DNA of 63,854 bases, the filler included, from Bigelowiella natans CCMP2755 (Eukaryota > Protista > Cercozoa): assembly GCA_000320545.1 (NCBI GenBank). It is 4 parts of 4 records of this genome, joined end to end, with 100 filler letters (N's around TTAATTAATTAA, not from the genome) between each part and the next. Parts side by side here need not be neighbours in the genome. Positions count along the whole stretch, not along the records: positions 21,590 to 44,949 come from ADNK01001760.1; positions 45,050 to 62,580 come from ADNK01000434.1; 2 more parts are not named here. One strand, 5' to 3'. Numbering within the stretch: the stretch's first letter is position 1; each line of letters opens with the position of its first letter. Positions 39,700-53,571 of this stretch are shown piece after piece. A program made the position numbers and the translations under genes. The notes beneath the pieces were generated by a model. The model had not been told where the DNA came from, searched no databases, and worked only from the letters and a program-made list of their open reading frames with translations.

Positions 39700-40130
39700 T
39701 TTAATGCAAATCTTCCCAATTGTCACATCCTAAACGTTCTGCTGTATCTTATACTATAGAGCCCTATAAGGCTATATAGCGTACGCACGTACGAACATGT
39801 GTAGTTTTACACATGTGTCCTTTACAACATATGATCTATTTATCCGTATATTTTACCCACACGTGTACGATACCGAAACCACATATGTCTTAGAGAGAAC
39901 ATGTGTGCTTTTGAGCCTGTACGCTATAGAGCCCTATAAGGCTATATAATATAAAAGTGTGTACACACGCGGTGTCGCCACCGCTTATTATTTGCACAGC
40001 TACACAATATATAACCCTAATGCTTTCTCATGTATGCAACATACGCATGCACGTGACGACACTGGAAACAAATAGGAGACACAACTTGAGCGCTGCAGCC
40101 GCTGCTTTGCACAGCTACATTAGGATGACC
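39700..40130. other. Palindrome-rich, RY-alternating tract 5 (convergent junction CCDC148/orphan)
   Basis: Contains GCGTACGCACGTACG, ACACATGTGT, GTGTGTACACAC and GCATGCACGTG. Confidence 0.75.
39754..39948. repeat. 195-bp element bounded by two exact 25-bp quasi-palindromic repeats (MITE-like)
   Basis: CTATAGAGCCCTATAAGGCTATATA at 39754-39778 and 39924-39948. With the inner flanks (GCGTAC / GTACGC) the two arms also match as inverted repeats at 26/30. Internal hairpin ACATGTGTA-GTTT-TACACATGT. Confidence 0.8.
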
Positions 40131-40329
40131 ATATTGGAAAAATTTAAACATTATGTCAGATCGAACATATACATACAAGCTACCGCTGCGCCGTGGGGGA
40201 TATTTATTAAATCCTCAATCATTTTTGCTTAAAATTGTTAGTATTTAAATTCGCTGTCATTGCTTATTAAGGCGTCTACGGGCAATACTCGGCGGAGAAT
40301 AGTACCTCAGCTTGTTGGCTTTATCATAC

Positions 40330-40367
<38 letters not shown>

Positions 40368-40470
40368 CTTAGCTAGTTTACATTCCTATTGTAACAATCC
40401 GATTATTCGAAGGCACCGAGCCGTGGCGCATATCTACGGCATAGGATTTCAACCAATAAAGTTATGAATT

Positions 40471-40963
40471 TTATGATTCCTTGATCTCGATCTTCACCCC
40501 TTTAACGCTTAAATCGGGGTCGTCCGATGTCGTCTTGTCCCACCTTGCCTCGAGGACCTAAGAGCAGTGTGAGTTAACCATTAGCCACGGCCACAGTAGT
40601 CTTGCCATTGTTGTGAATTCGACAATTATCATTCTCTCTTCGAGAGGAAAAGACTCGTTACTTCAAAGATGTCCTGCTTCGTGAGCGCTTTCTTGTTTTT
40701 GAACCTAAACAATACCAATAATGTATATGTGGTATGTTGGGGGGAGAGTTGTCGGCTGCTACTATGCATATGTGTGTGTGTGTGTGCGTGTGCGCGCGCG
40801 CATTCCCGTGTCTGTCGTAGTAGTTGTAGTTGGTTTTGTATGAATGTATAATGTCGTAAGCTTGTCTGGGGCTGACATTTTAGAGATGGCGTCATTTAGA
40901 GCTTTGCTTTCTTCCTGAGTGAGCTTCTCTTCATCTCCAGATAGAATGCCAAGATGGACCATC

Positions 40964-41059
<96 letters not shown>

Positions 41060-41728
41060 ATTGGCGTACGCGCGCGTGATTGTGTATGTGCTTCCTATTT
41101 ACTACTATTGTTTTCTATCCGAGTTTGGATGAGGCCCTTCTTGCAACAGGGGCAGCTACCTGAGTGTCAGTCTTCACGGCAGCGATAACCGCTCCCATAG
41201 GGACGGTGTATTCGAGCTCAGCAAGTTTCTTCTTAGCCTAACGCCCAACCCCCCCCAAGGAAATTAAGTCACACCAACGAAATTTAGTCACCACGACGTG
41301 CAATTAGTTTGAACGGAAGGAAAGGATTAAAAGGGGCTAGCCAAATTGAACTACCGCGTTGAGCTCTCTCGATGTAGGAAGCGATTTGTAGAGCAGATAC
41401 CCGGCCGTTGCAATAGCAGCGCCTGCACCGGGATTAGAAAGGAAATCATCGTGCGGATTTCGGAGCCCTTCCAATGAGAGACGAAGGGCATTTATTTGTG
41501 AATAGCCTGCCCTCCCAGTTTTCAGAATTCAAATGCTTATTTATCACGATACCACTTTACTCATAAAAATGGAAGAAGTCTCACGCTCAGACGCCGTGCA
41601 CTCCCCACCGCTTGAAAAATACATACACGTAGCAAGGATGTTTTCGCTGGATTCAAACAACTCGCTCAATGAAGAGCGGTACCTGCAGCGGCAAACACGG
41701 CCTTGGACTTAGAGGAAGTGGCACTCAT
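40471..41728 (-). CDS. Small (about 141 aa) protein with N-terminal signal-anchor, unknown function, 6 exons
   Basis: MSATSSKSKAVFAAA/GAAIATAGYLLYKSLPTSRELNA/AKKKLAELEYTVPMGAVIAAVKTDTQ/MMVHLGIL...SAPDK/FKNKKALTKQDIFE/VLEARW...EIKES*. Four GT-AG introns plus one inferred GC-AG intron. Confidence 0.7.
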
Positions 41729-42177
41729 CTGGCTAATTTATGGGCAGGGAAGGAGAGACCGATTTGGGTTGTTCAGAGGGGTGGGGAAAGGTAGCGTTGT
41801 GCAATTCTGCTGATCTTATCTCTTAAACCAGCACAGCAAAAACACATATCTCCAGTTCTCTATTGCAAAAATACATGATATTTGTAACCGAAAGACAAGT
41901 TGAGGCGGATTTTTTGACCCAAATATCCCTCATTTTCACAATATTGGAGGCGAATGTATGTCTGACATTGCATCCAAGCCCGCTCTATTTTGGGAAATTG
42001 AGTAGAACCGCAGCTCGTGCTCTATGTCGCCAAAAGAAAACACCCTAATAGTACGCAAATTTATTATTACAATTTGTTCGACTGTGAAAAGTGCAGTGAA
42101 TCGTGCCCTGCGACAATGAAAAACTCCGGCGATAAGAGAAAAATTTGAACCAAATTTTGAAAATTCGAACGAGAAAG

Positions 42178-42667
42178 ATGGCGGAGGGACGACAGGCTGG
42201 AGCTGTGCCTCCTCCCAGGGCACGGGGAAACAACTCAGATGATGGGCTGCCGCCCATCGCAGAAGAGGCGGCGAATATACTCAGGTAATTATGGGGCAGC
42301 TGGTCCGTTTGCTAGGTCCACGTTAATTGTTTCGCCAAGGGGGTGAGTGAGCACCTGGAGAATGAATGATGTGTGTTTCCTTTCCTTGCAAATGCTACTT
42401 GGGCATGCATGCTGCACAGAGCTTGTTATACGGGACAAGGGATGCCTGCGCCACGCGACTTGGCCTCTGAGAGAACATTATCTGGGGAGAAGGAGGGAGA
42501 TGCGGAACCGAAGCCGGAGAAAGGCGTTCATCAGGGCCGCGAAACGGCAAAGCAGAAGGGAGGGGCGGGAAGGCCTGGGGGCGCGTCGGAAGGTATGAAG
42601 TTAGCTTGTGAATAATATAAGACCTGTTTTAGATCTAATGCATGTATGTCGAAAGGATAAGCACATT

Positions 42668-42712
<45 letters not shown>

Positions 42713-43694
42713 CCAAAGGTGACATGAAGGAAGAAAAGAACGCTGCTCCGAAATCCTTCATGGTGAAAATACATTTAGTTACAAGCGGCGATTATAGAAG
42801 CAAGGAAACGGCTAATCTCTCCCTCTTTCTCGATAACTATCTGCCCCGTCGTGTGTGTGAATAGAGTATTACGAAAACTATAGATTCACCCATATTTCTT
42901 AATCGCCAATGCCCTTCCGAACTTGACCGTTGACAGTCTCCAAAGGAAGATGCGCTGCCTCCTCATCAAGCAAAACAGTTGAAAGACACGCTACTGAGGG
43001 ATTCGAAAGCCGAGAAAGGACCTCGGCGGAACAGACGACATTCACGGATGGCTAGAGATGTAGAGAAACATCATCCGAGCAAGGTTTTTTTTGTTTTGGT
43101 TCTAATCAAGCCCTGTTCATAATGCTTGCTGCTGATTCACGACGGATGAGCTGTATGAGCTGTCCACGAACATACCGGCTGCTAATCCCATCGATTCGTT
43201 GGGCTGTCAAGATACTGTATCATTGAAGGGAGAAAACGATTGACTTGTTGTTACTATGTGTTTGTATATGTTCTCTCCATTATTTCACGACAGCAGCAGT
43301 CCGATCTCCACGCAGTAAGAAGAAAGCATTCCTCGCACACGACACAATCGTTAGCAGTAGTGGTGGTGGTAGTAGCAGTAGTAAGTAGTAGTGATAGTGG
43401 CAGTAGAGTAGAAACAAGCACCACTCGCACCTCTTATCCGCGCACAAATGAGGACTTCAATCCACAAGGACATCGAAGTTTGCGAAACTGCGTGCTGTTG
43501 CATAATACGATCTGCAAAATGAAGCCCTCTCTTATATTCTCCCGTCTCCCCGCCTCCCTCCGCCCCTAGATTGAGCACATAATGGACCAGATTTTAGAGC
43601 TGGACTTTCATCTGAAGCAGCTTCATGCCTTTACTGTCCAATACAAGTTTTCCGAGGAGGAGATCAGGTAGGATGGCGATGATTGTGATGATTG

Positions 43695-43734
<40 letters not shown>

Positions 43735-46417
43735 TCTTTCTTGTAACCCGGCAAAGCGAAAGAGGGCCACAGTGCGGCATGTAATTGCGTTTCTCCGACG
43801 ATTCACTGACGATTGATTGATTGCTGATGCAGCGAGGAGATGGCCGTTTTGAAGCAGAACGACTCGAAACAGCGCGTGACTGTGTATGCGTTAGAAGAGC
43901 ACATGCGTCTCAAGGCAAGTGGAGATGCTACATGTACACTACACTGGACACCGCAGGGCCATTCTTAACACCGCGCATGTCTCTTACAATGATATTGCCA
44001 TCTCGGTCGTATATATGATGATCGACATTGGAACGTGCGACATGGCTGCTCATTTGAGTTATTGCTCAGCGCTGAACTCCAACCGCATTTTCTTCCTTTT
44101 TAACCATGCATAGCATACAACCGAAGAGAGTGATGAGACAGTAGACAGGACATCTATATAATCAGGGAATCGAGTTACGGCGCGACGAGAAGAAATGGGT
44201 TGTCTTCCTGCGAAGACTCCCTGCTCATGACCAAAGAAAGCTCGCGCAGGTGCTGCCGAAGACTCTCGTCTGTCTCGATGTAGAAGATGTTCTCCCTTCT
44301 TTTCCGCCTCCGCCCCCCCACCCACGTCATCACGGTTTTGCCGCTATGATTATAATCATCATTTTTTTAAATTATTATTATCATTATCAGGGCGAAGCCA
44401 CGGAGCGTCTGTTTCACGCATGTATGCAAGAATACGGGAGGAAGTGCTACGATGATCTGGTCTCTACGCACCCGTAGTTAATCGGAGGAACGGAAGCGGA
44501 AAGGGGGGGGGGATAAGGGATGGGGGGCGGGTAGCTGGAAATGAAAGGAGAAAAAGAGGAAATTGCCCAGAAACACCAAACCTCTGGAGACTGTTGCTCG
44601 TATCTGATTTCACACTTCCTCTCCTCCTCATCCTCCTCCCTCGTCTATCATTCCCTACCCAGATGGATATTTGTCGCGTGAAGCTACTTCAGCAGGTTGG
44701 TTTCTCCACCCCCCCTCCTCTGTGTGTGTAAAAGAGAGTAGGAACTTCAACCCATTTCATACTACTCTGATTTCATTTCCTTACGATGAGGGGGGGCAAG
44801 GGGGGGGGGTGGAGATTGGCGAGTCTATGATAAATACAGCAAACTCACTTACATTGCTTTCCCCCCCCCCCCTCCCTTCCCTCCCTCCCCCTTCTTCTAT
44901 CGGGTGTTCCAAGGAGGAGCTAGAGCGGGGAATTGAATATGCTGATGCANNNNNNNNNNNNNNNNNNNNNNNNNNNNNNNNNNNNNNNNNNNNTTAATTA
45001 ATTAANNNNNNNNNNNNNNNNNNNNNNNNNNNNNNNNNNNNNNNNNNNNGGGGGGGGGTGTGAGAGAAAGAACCTCATCCTCACTAATCCTGCTTTTAAC
45101 CCTTCCCCCCCCCTTTCGTCCACCGTTATAGTGGTGGTATGATCCTATCAGCAGTGATCCCGTCTTTCTGAACGATATACGGCACGTCTTCGAGCACGTT
45201 CTCTCGCAGGTTCATACCCCCCGCCTTCATTTCTTGCACAAAACATCCAAGGATTTCAGGATGTTGGACATGAAATATAAACGATGTTTTTCCGTTCCGC
45301 GACACAGAAGCTGTAGCTACTAAGTCGCGGAACAGAATCTTGCATAAAGCGTTTGTTTTGCAAAGTGGTGCTTATGCAGAGGAATTGATGTGCGTGTTTA
45401 CACTGGCACAACAGCTGGTTGCAGGCATCAAGGCGCTTGAATGGGAGGGCATTTTTCAGGTCTTTACACATAACGGCCGCGACATCATAGCGGATGAGGA
45501 GAACCGTTTACATGGCCAGAACCTTTGCCAAACGGATTAGACATGTTTTCACATTTTATATCGGAATGGGTAGAGTTCTCCGTGAAGGAGGAGGAGACCA
45601 CATACACCGTCTCTATCTACACGCACCACGAACACCAGGCATATTAGACAGACACATGCTCGCCCATACCCCCGTAGAAAGTCCTCTATCAACATCGAAG
45701 ACCTATATACTACTCAGGAGTTCATCGTCGAGCTGCGAAAGCTAATGAAATCATATCGGTAATGAAAGGCTAGCTTGAGGCAAAATTTTTAGCTTAGAAG
45801 AATACCAAACTCAATTTGCGACATGTCTGTTTCGTATCACGACTCGTGATGTTGGATTCCCACCCTACTTCTCCCACGTGATCGTCATTGGCACCATGGC
45901 TTTCCTTGTGAGCCAACTACTTCTGAGAACATCTCGAAACTTTAAGAAACGATTGCATTTGCGCGAAGATCGTATCGGAGAAAAATGATTGGTCGGTTGT
46001 GCCGTCGGGTCTTGTTTTTGTGGTTGGCAAATGATGATATCTTAGAGTAACAGAGATTGCACTTGAAAAGCGAATTCCAGGTTTCAAAGACCTCTCTCTA
46101 CAAGAGCGCCAAGGCCTCATCCTTCAGGTATCACCAGTAGGAGGAGGAAACGATAATCGTGTACATATTTTTAGTGACTGTAAACCGATCGTACTGCTCC
46201 TTCTCCTCATGATCATCATCACCATCATCACCACATTCTATACGATAACGAGATGCCATCTTCCTTCCTTCTTGTCAGGATATATTTCAAAACTATGAGC
46301 TTCATGTCGCTGTCATCGGAAGTCATAAAGCATACTTAAGGTGGTGTTGCTTCCTACGATGGTGTGGGTGGTGTTTATGGTATTAATGGATGGACGTTAT
46401 CCACCCCCCCCGCCCCC

Positions 46418-46453
<36 letters not shown>

Positions 46454-47471
46454 GACCCGCTGTTATCCAAACGCACTGCAGGAAGCTAAGCAGTGCAATA
46501 CTCGAAAACGTATTGAAGAACTCTGATCTCAACTGCAAACCCGTGACGGTAAGAGGGAGATGGAAGCTGCTGCTGTGCTGATGTTTCTTCTTCGATGAGG
46601 ATGATGACAATGATGATGACGATGAGAGAGGATGATGATGATGATGATGAGGATGGGCCCTACATGTTTGATGATAAGTAGAAAACTATGGGTGGTGGTT
46701 TGGATGTGAGTAAATGAATACCTGCTTGTTGTTCGCTATGCCAATTGACACATCTTCCTCCTCCTCCTCCTACTACTACTCAGGCCCTTGTGAGGGAAAT
46801 TCTTGCTTGCAAGGTAACATCATCATCATCATCATCATTATCATCCTGATCGTTCTAATCACCCTAGCGTTCATGCCTGAATGGGTAGGTATTGGATCCT
46901 GTGATGTGGTATGCAAACTCGGATTTCATCAACTCAAAGATCGTCGCGGCATGCGTCAGAGCTGGTACTGATATGATGTCTCCATCACACCTGCTGAAGG
47001 GGCATCTTCATCGTCATCGTCGTCGTCGTTCGTCGTCGTGTCGCCTTTTGATTTTGATCATTTTCCTCAGTGGTGGTTGTAGTCGGAGGGGAGGGGGATG
47101 GGATGGGTGTTGCGAGGGACGGAGGGGAGGAAGAACAGATATGTAGATGATATTGCATTCATTTGCAGGGATCGAGGATGAAAGCGAGGGAGAAGAAGAT
47201 AGAGAAGAGGAGGCAGCGGAAGGCCAGGGACGGGAAGAGGAGGAGGGGGGAGGAGAGACGATGACGGATGATGCTAAGAGCGCAACGGCAACAACCGCTC
47301 CTCTTTCTCAATCTTCCTCTCCCAAGATGGGAACACCATCAAACAAGGGGGATAAGGCCGATGTCACCAAAACTGCAGGAGGAGGAGGAGGAGGAGGAGA
47401 CGGAGAGGATGGAGAGAGCCGTCAGAGTCCCTCATCGACGTCGCAAGGAGTAAGAGGAGGGTAAATGCATT

Positions 47472-47548
<77 letters not shown>

Positions 47549-49624
47549 TGATAGATACATACATGCCGGATATAATTCTCCCTCTCCCCCCCTTCGTTCT
47601 CTTGCCCATGTGTTGTGTCCCACACTGCGCTTGCAACAGTTCCGCCCCGCCGACTGCCAACAGCACGCCTGATATGAAGCCGAGGACGGTAGTAGCGAAC
47701 AAACGAATGAAAGTAACGCCTGAACGATGACGAATAATATTTTGGAACTACTTTCAGTATCTATTTGTTTCAATGTATTCTCAGTTCATATTTCAGGTGG
47801 AAATCAAATGCTGGTTCGCATGACGATATGTACTCTTTTGTGTGCTCTCAGCAAAATAATACACCATCGCTACCCTCGGCTGCTAGCTTCATGTCAACGA
47901 CACCCATCGCTGATGATGATGATGATGATAGGGCACCCACCACTGCAGCAGGGAAGCACGGTGAGTGAGTGAGTGAGCGCCCTCTTAGAACAGCCTAAAG
48001 AATGATAGTGGTGGTGGTGGTGGTGGCTGTGCTCCTGACCCAAAAAAAAAAAAAGAGATATACAACGTTCACGCGCATCTCTAAGATGTATCTGGTAGTT
48101 AATGCGTGCAAACATATTGTAATATCAGCGGGGGCAACACCACCAGCAGCATCGTCGTCATCATCATCGCACGAGCCTCCCCCCCTCCTCCCCTCAATGC
48201 TGAGCGCCCCAGTTAGGTCGTCGGTGTTGGAACAGTCGTTGCAGAGCACCATGGCCCCCTCCCTTACTGCTAGCAGTCGGAGCGAGGGTGGGGTGGACGA
48301 TGAGAAGGAAGGGGGGAGGAAAGAATCGATTGACCCCGAGATTGAAAGCAGGTGTGAACAGCGAGAGAAGGCCGCAGTGATGGTGGGAACGGGGGGCGGG
48401 CGGGATGTTGACAGAAGTAAATAAAATGAGTATCGACTCGAAAATGATGTCGAGAAGGATTCGAATACACTTTAGGACGATGACGATAATGATGGTAATG
48501 ATGATGAGGAGGAGGATGATAATGTGATGGTGAGGAGGGGGGGGGGGGGAGGGATAATGAGGAGAAACAACCCATATTTCCAACATGGACAAGAGTATAG
48601 CGTCGCTGGATCGTCTCTCCTCACATCGTTTGGTTGGCTTCATCGTCGCCGTCTTCTTCCTTCCTCAGGTACCAGAGGTGGCGTGCACATAAGATCGAAG
48701 TGCTGCAACGTGGCCATCAGAGTTCCTCTAAAACGACTACGGGAAGCAGGACCCCTCCCTTCATGAGGGAGGGGGCGAAATCGGCCTCTTTTTCATCCAA
48801 GAAGGGCCGGGGGGGGGAAACGAAAAGGCGTAGTAAATCCGTGAGCAGGCATAAGAGCTGGAACACCAGTAGTAGCAGTGTACAGAAGAACAATAGTAGA
48901 AACAATGGTGAAGGTACAAAAGGAGGAATTGGGAGGGGGAATGATAATAAGAATCGTGACCAGAACCCTATCAGCAGCAGTAGCACCGGCGGCGTGAGAA
49001 AGAGCAAAGCAATGGCGATGGAATCAACGACGACGACCACAGTGAAAACAGCAGCAACCGTAGAAGCAGAAAGGGGTGGGGGGGGGCAGAAAGTAGCAGT
49101 AGAGGGCCAGACGCCATCGCAGAAGACGGCGACGATAACACCCATATCACAGAGGAGGCTGAGTGCTGGTGGAGATGGAGATAGTAGCTACAGACGGCGC
49201 GGAAGTTCTTTCGGGGCTACTACGATGACCACGGTCAGATGATGTGCTCCTACCCCTGCTCCTACTGCTGCTGCTACTTATGAGAGAGAGAGAGGCAGTG
49301 TTTGTGTGTGTTTGTGTGTGTGTGTTTGTGTTTGTGTGTTGATATGATCTGATCAATGATTATGTGACCATGAGACCCCACACTGAAATGCCAAATACAT
49401 ATACGCCTCAGCAGCACGCTCTTCCACCACTACCACCGCTACCACCACTACCGCCATATTGCCTCCTTACCTCCGTTTGTTGTTGTCAATGTTGTTGTCA
49501 TCATTCATTCTGAATAGAGGCCTCGAAAGCGCTCTAGCCTTTTAGAAGCAGCGTTCAACGCTCTTTCGCCTCGGTGAATAAGGAGAGCGGGAAGGGGGGG
49601 GAGGGGATAAATCTTGGTGGCCAA

Positions 49625-49660
<36 letters not shown>

Positions 49661-49724
49661 GCAAAGGATGAGATGCTAGATTAGCCTAGAAGACATATGA
49701 GTGACCTTCCTCTCTTTATCTCCC

Positions 49725-49759
<35 letters not shown>

Positions 49760-49902
49760 ATCTTCATCTTCTTCTCTCTTCTTTCTTCTCTCCCCTCCAC
49801 TGCTCGCTCACGATAACACAACCAGCCGTGGAACTATCACGCCACAGAGGGAGGGTCGTTTGAGCCTGCGAATCGTGGAGGCAATTAAGGTAGCGGTGTA
49901 TA

Positions 49903-49947
<45 letters not shown>

Positions 49948-49971
49948 TATGTGTGTGTGTGTAAGAGAGAG

Positions 49972-50016
<45 letters not shown>

Positions 50017-50475
50017 AGAGAGAAAGTGAGAAAGTATACATTTGCCATCATCATCATCATCATCACCACCAGCACCACCACCACCACCAGCAGCACCAAT
50101 CAACGTCGCCATCTTCACAAACTCAGATCGAGGGACCGAAGTCGCACATTCGCTACAAGATCCACTGCAAAAACGGGTGGGTGGGTGGGTGGGTGGATTG
50201 TGTGTGTGGGCGGTGCGAGGGGGTAGTAGAGGCAGTAGCAGGGGGGGAGAGGAGGGAGATCATCGCGTGAATGGTTGGTAGTAGTATATGTAGCTGCAGC
50301 TTGAGCATAGGGTGAGAGAATATGGTAGGAATTAATGGGCGCGCACCTGCTACTAACATTGACAAGTACAACTACCACTGTACAACTACTGCAACTACTT
50401 CTGCTACTAGGCTCTTTAAATGGGAGGTTGAGAAACGATACAACGAGTTTAACGAGCTCAATAAGTACGACACGT

Positions 50476-50510
<35 letters not shown>

Positions 50511-50585
50511 GTAGAGAGAAGAAGAACATGATGATGATGATTATTTGATGATTTGATGATTTGATGATTTTACAACACACACACA

Positions 50586-50628
<43 letters not shown>

Positions 50629-50780
50629 GCATGATGTGGCTGATTGGCTCTTCCTCTTCCTACAGGACTCTGACGAAGCAATTTGTACAAGAAGGAGCGG
50701 CGAAAAACAAGTATATGTATATGCGTACACATGTGTGTTTGTGTATTCTTTTCCTTCGAATAAAATGTGTACTACACACC

Positions 50781-50817
<37 letters not shown>

Positions 50818-50983
50818 TCTGCTTTGTGAGAAGTAGTCACGATGAGATTATGATGATATCATCCTTACATCGACTGTGTGACCATACAGGCACTGATCTA
50901 CCTCCCCCCCACCTCGCACTCACACTCAAACTCACACTCAAACTCACACACACTCACACGCACAGATTGAACCGTACTCCTCC

Positions 50984-51034
<51 letters not shown>

Positions 51035-51279
51035 CCCATTAATTAGATGGGCTGGGAAATTTCCCCGGAAGAGCCTCCTGAATGCGTTCTCAAACAACCT
51101 CGACAGAGACTTCATTCTCCAGCGAAAAACACAGGTAGGTCCTTAACCACCCCATGCAGAATATGCAATTGAATAGGAGATAGATCATCCCCATGTAGAA
51201 TGTGCAATTGAATATGAGATAGATCGTCGTGACCAGCAACTCTGCACGGCATATCCGTTGTGCTCAGTTGATACTAGTG

Positions 51280-51335
<56 letters not shown>

Positions 51336-51588
51336 TAAATCATCATCATCGACATCACAGCTCCAAGAATACTTGGACGCATGCTGTCGAGATGCAGCCG
51401 TTCTCAGCTCCGCGACATTCCGTGCATTCATCATTCCGAAAGAGCCGTCGACTACGGCAGCTGCAAGCAACAATGAAGGTGTTGGTGGGCCTTTTTCTTG
51501 CATGGGAGCTGCACCGATTTTCATGGGAATGTCGACGATATCGAAGACACACGGCTTTTCTCCTGCTTCTTCGTCATTTCTAATGATA

Positions 51589-51627
<39 letters not shown>

Positions 51628-52093
51628 ATTTTGGCTGTTGCACGCATTTTCAGGGAAGAAAGCTGCGACGATGGATGGCAAGGATACCAAGAATGACAAG
51701 AAGCGCAAGGTTATCTCTTCCTCCTCCCCCCCTCCCCAAGGCTAACATCGAAGCTTGGGGAAGATCATCTTGTGGGGAGGAGGAGGAGGAGGAGGAGGAT
51801 GTTTATGGTGGTCAGGATGGTGGTGATGGTGATGGTGATGATAATAATGACGACGACGACGATGATGATGACGATGGTGCTATAAAAATAGGAGCTGATG
51901 GGGCACATCTACGGGATGATAGATGAAATCTTCGAGCTGTCGCGACACGGGTGGTTGTTGTTGTTGTTGTTGTTGTTGTTGCTGCTGCTGCTGCTGTTGT
52001 TGGGGACGACGGCTAACAACTACAACTACCCCATTTTAATATATGCAGAAAAGCACAACAAGACCGCGATGATGATGATGATGATGATGATGA

Positions 52094-52124
<31 letters not shown>

Positions 52125-52258
52125 GTATCATCATTATCATCATTACCTCTTCCTCTTTTTGTCTTTTCTTCGTGTTCTTCTTCTCAGATGGCTTCGGAAG
52201 CAAGTTGTGTGGACCGCAAAGCAGCTTTTAGGTGGTGGTTCACGGATGTCATGCTTAA

Positions 52259-52295
<37 letters not shown>

Positions 52296-53539
52296 ATCGC
52301 CATCGCCATCGCCATCATGTACCCTCATCCTATCAACGTCGACGACACGAGCAACGAGATGGGTGATGCACGATGTCTTGTTGTTGATGTTGCCGTTGTT
52401 GCTGTTGTTGACGTTGTTGTCGTTGATGATGATGTTGTTGTTGTTGTTGTTGTTGGTGGTGGTGGTGCTGTGGTTGCTACGCATTCAAGGGATGCTATAC
52501 AACTCGACCATGTATCGAAGCATAGAGACGACAGTTACCAAGTACGCCTTGACAAAACAGTTCATCGAGAAAACCACCACCACCACTAGCAGCAGCAGCA
52601 GTAGCAGCAGCAGCATTTCCAGATTCGGGCAAGCGCTGTCCTCACGAGAACGCCGACGATTTCTATCCTTCGACAGGGTGTAAAATGCCCTGTCGCGGAC
52701 CAGAATCGCCGCCGTGTTTATGTGAGCGTCGCTGCCATCGCATCATCACTTTTTTCAATGTTTCACGACGAGACGGATCGATTGTGATGATGAGTGAATG
52801 CTACGAGGGTAATGATGATAATGATTGACTTTTTTGCGACAGGTACACATCAGAGCAACATCTGAAAAAGGCCATTGACGGACTTAACAACTTGATGTGG
52901 CCTGAAGGAAAACTCTATTATATGGTGTGAGTGTGTGCGTGTGCGTGTGCGTGTGCGTGTATGTGTGTGTGCGTAAGTGTGCGTGTGTGTGTGCGCGAGC
53001 ATGTTAGTAGCTTGCATATAACTATAACTATGGCGATCCACGAACAATATGACACGTAACCCAATATGCCTTCACTTCCCTACCCCCCTTCCTCTTTTCA
53101 CAGCATGCCGACTACAAAGATTGGGTGCCTCCAACGCCAGAGGAGCAAGAACGAACGCAGAGCAAGGTGCCTAGAATAGTACGTTCAAATAAGATATCCT
53201 CATGCTGCCGATTCTTCTTCCTTTGAAAGCTTCACGTCTCTCCGTGTTGAGATTTAGCGTTAGAAATAGCAGCCTCACTGCGAGTAATTCCCTAGTAGTA
53301 AACAGCAGTCCCTTTACCTCCTCCCCCACCCGCCATTTTTCGTGATCGTTATTTCCCTCCCCCCGCCCCCTTTCCTTTAGGTCGTTGTTGTCTTGTATCT
53401 TCGATTCTGGAATCATCCCAACAAACGCTGCTTGATTGGTTGGTTGGTTGTTTGGTGTAGGCGGTGAAGCTGCTCATACTTGCAATTGAGGACTATGTAC
53501 CGATGCTAGGAAGAGACTACTGTATTCATGGTAGTAGTT

Positions 53540-53571
<32 letters not shown>

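Noticed and set aside
39754-39948. Possible CRISPR-like repeat-spacer unit
   Set aside because: Only two repeats with a 145-bp interval, eukaryotic context, and no cas genes.
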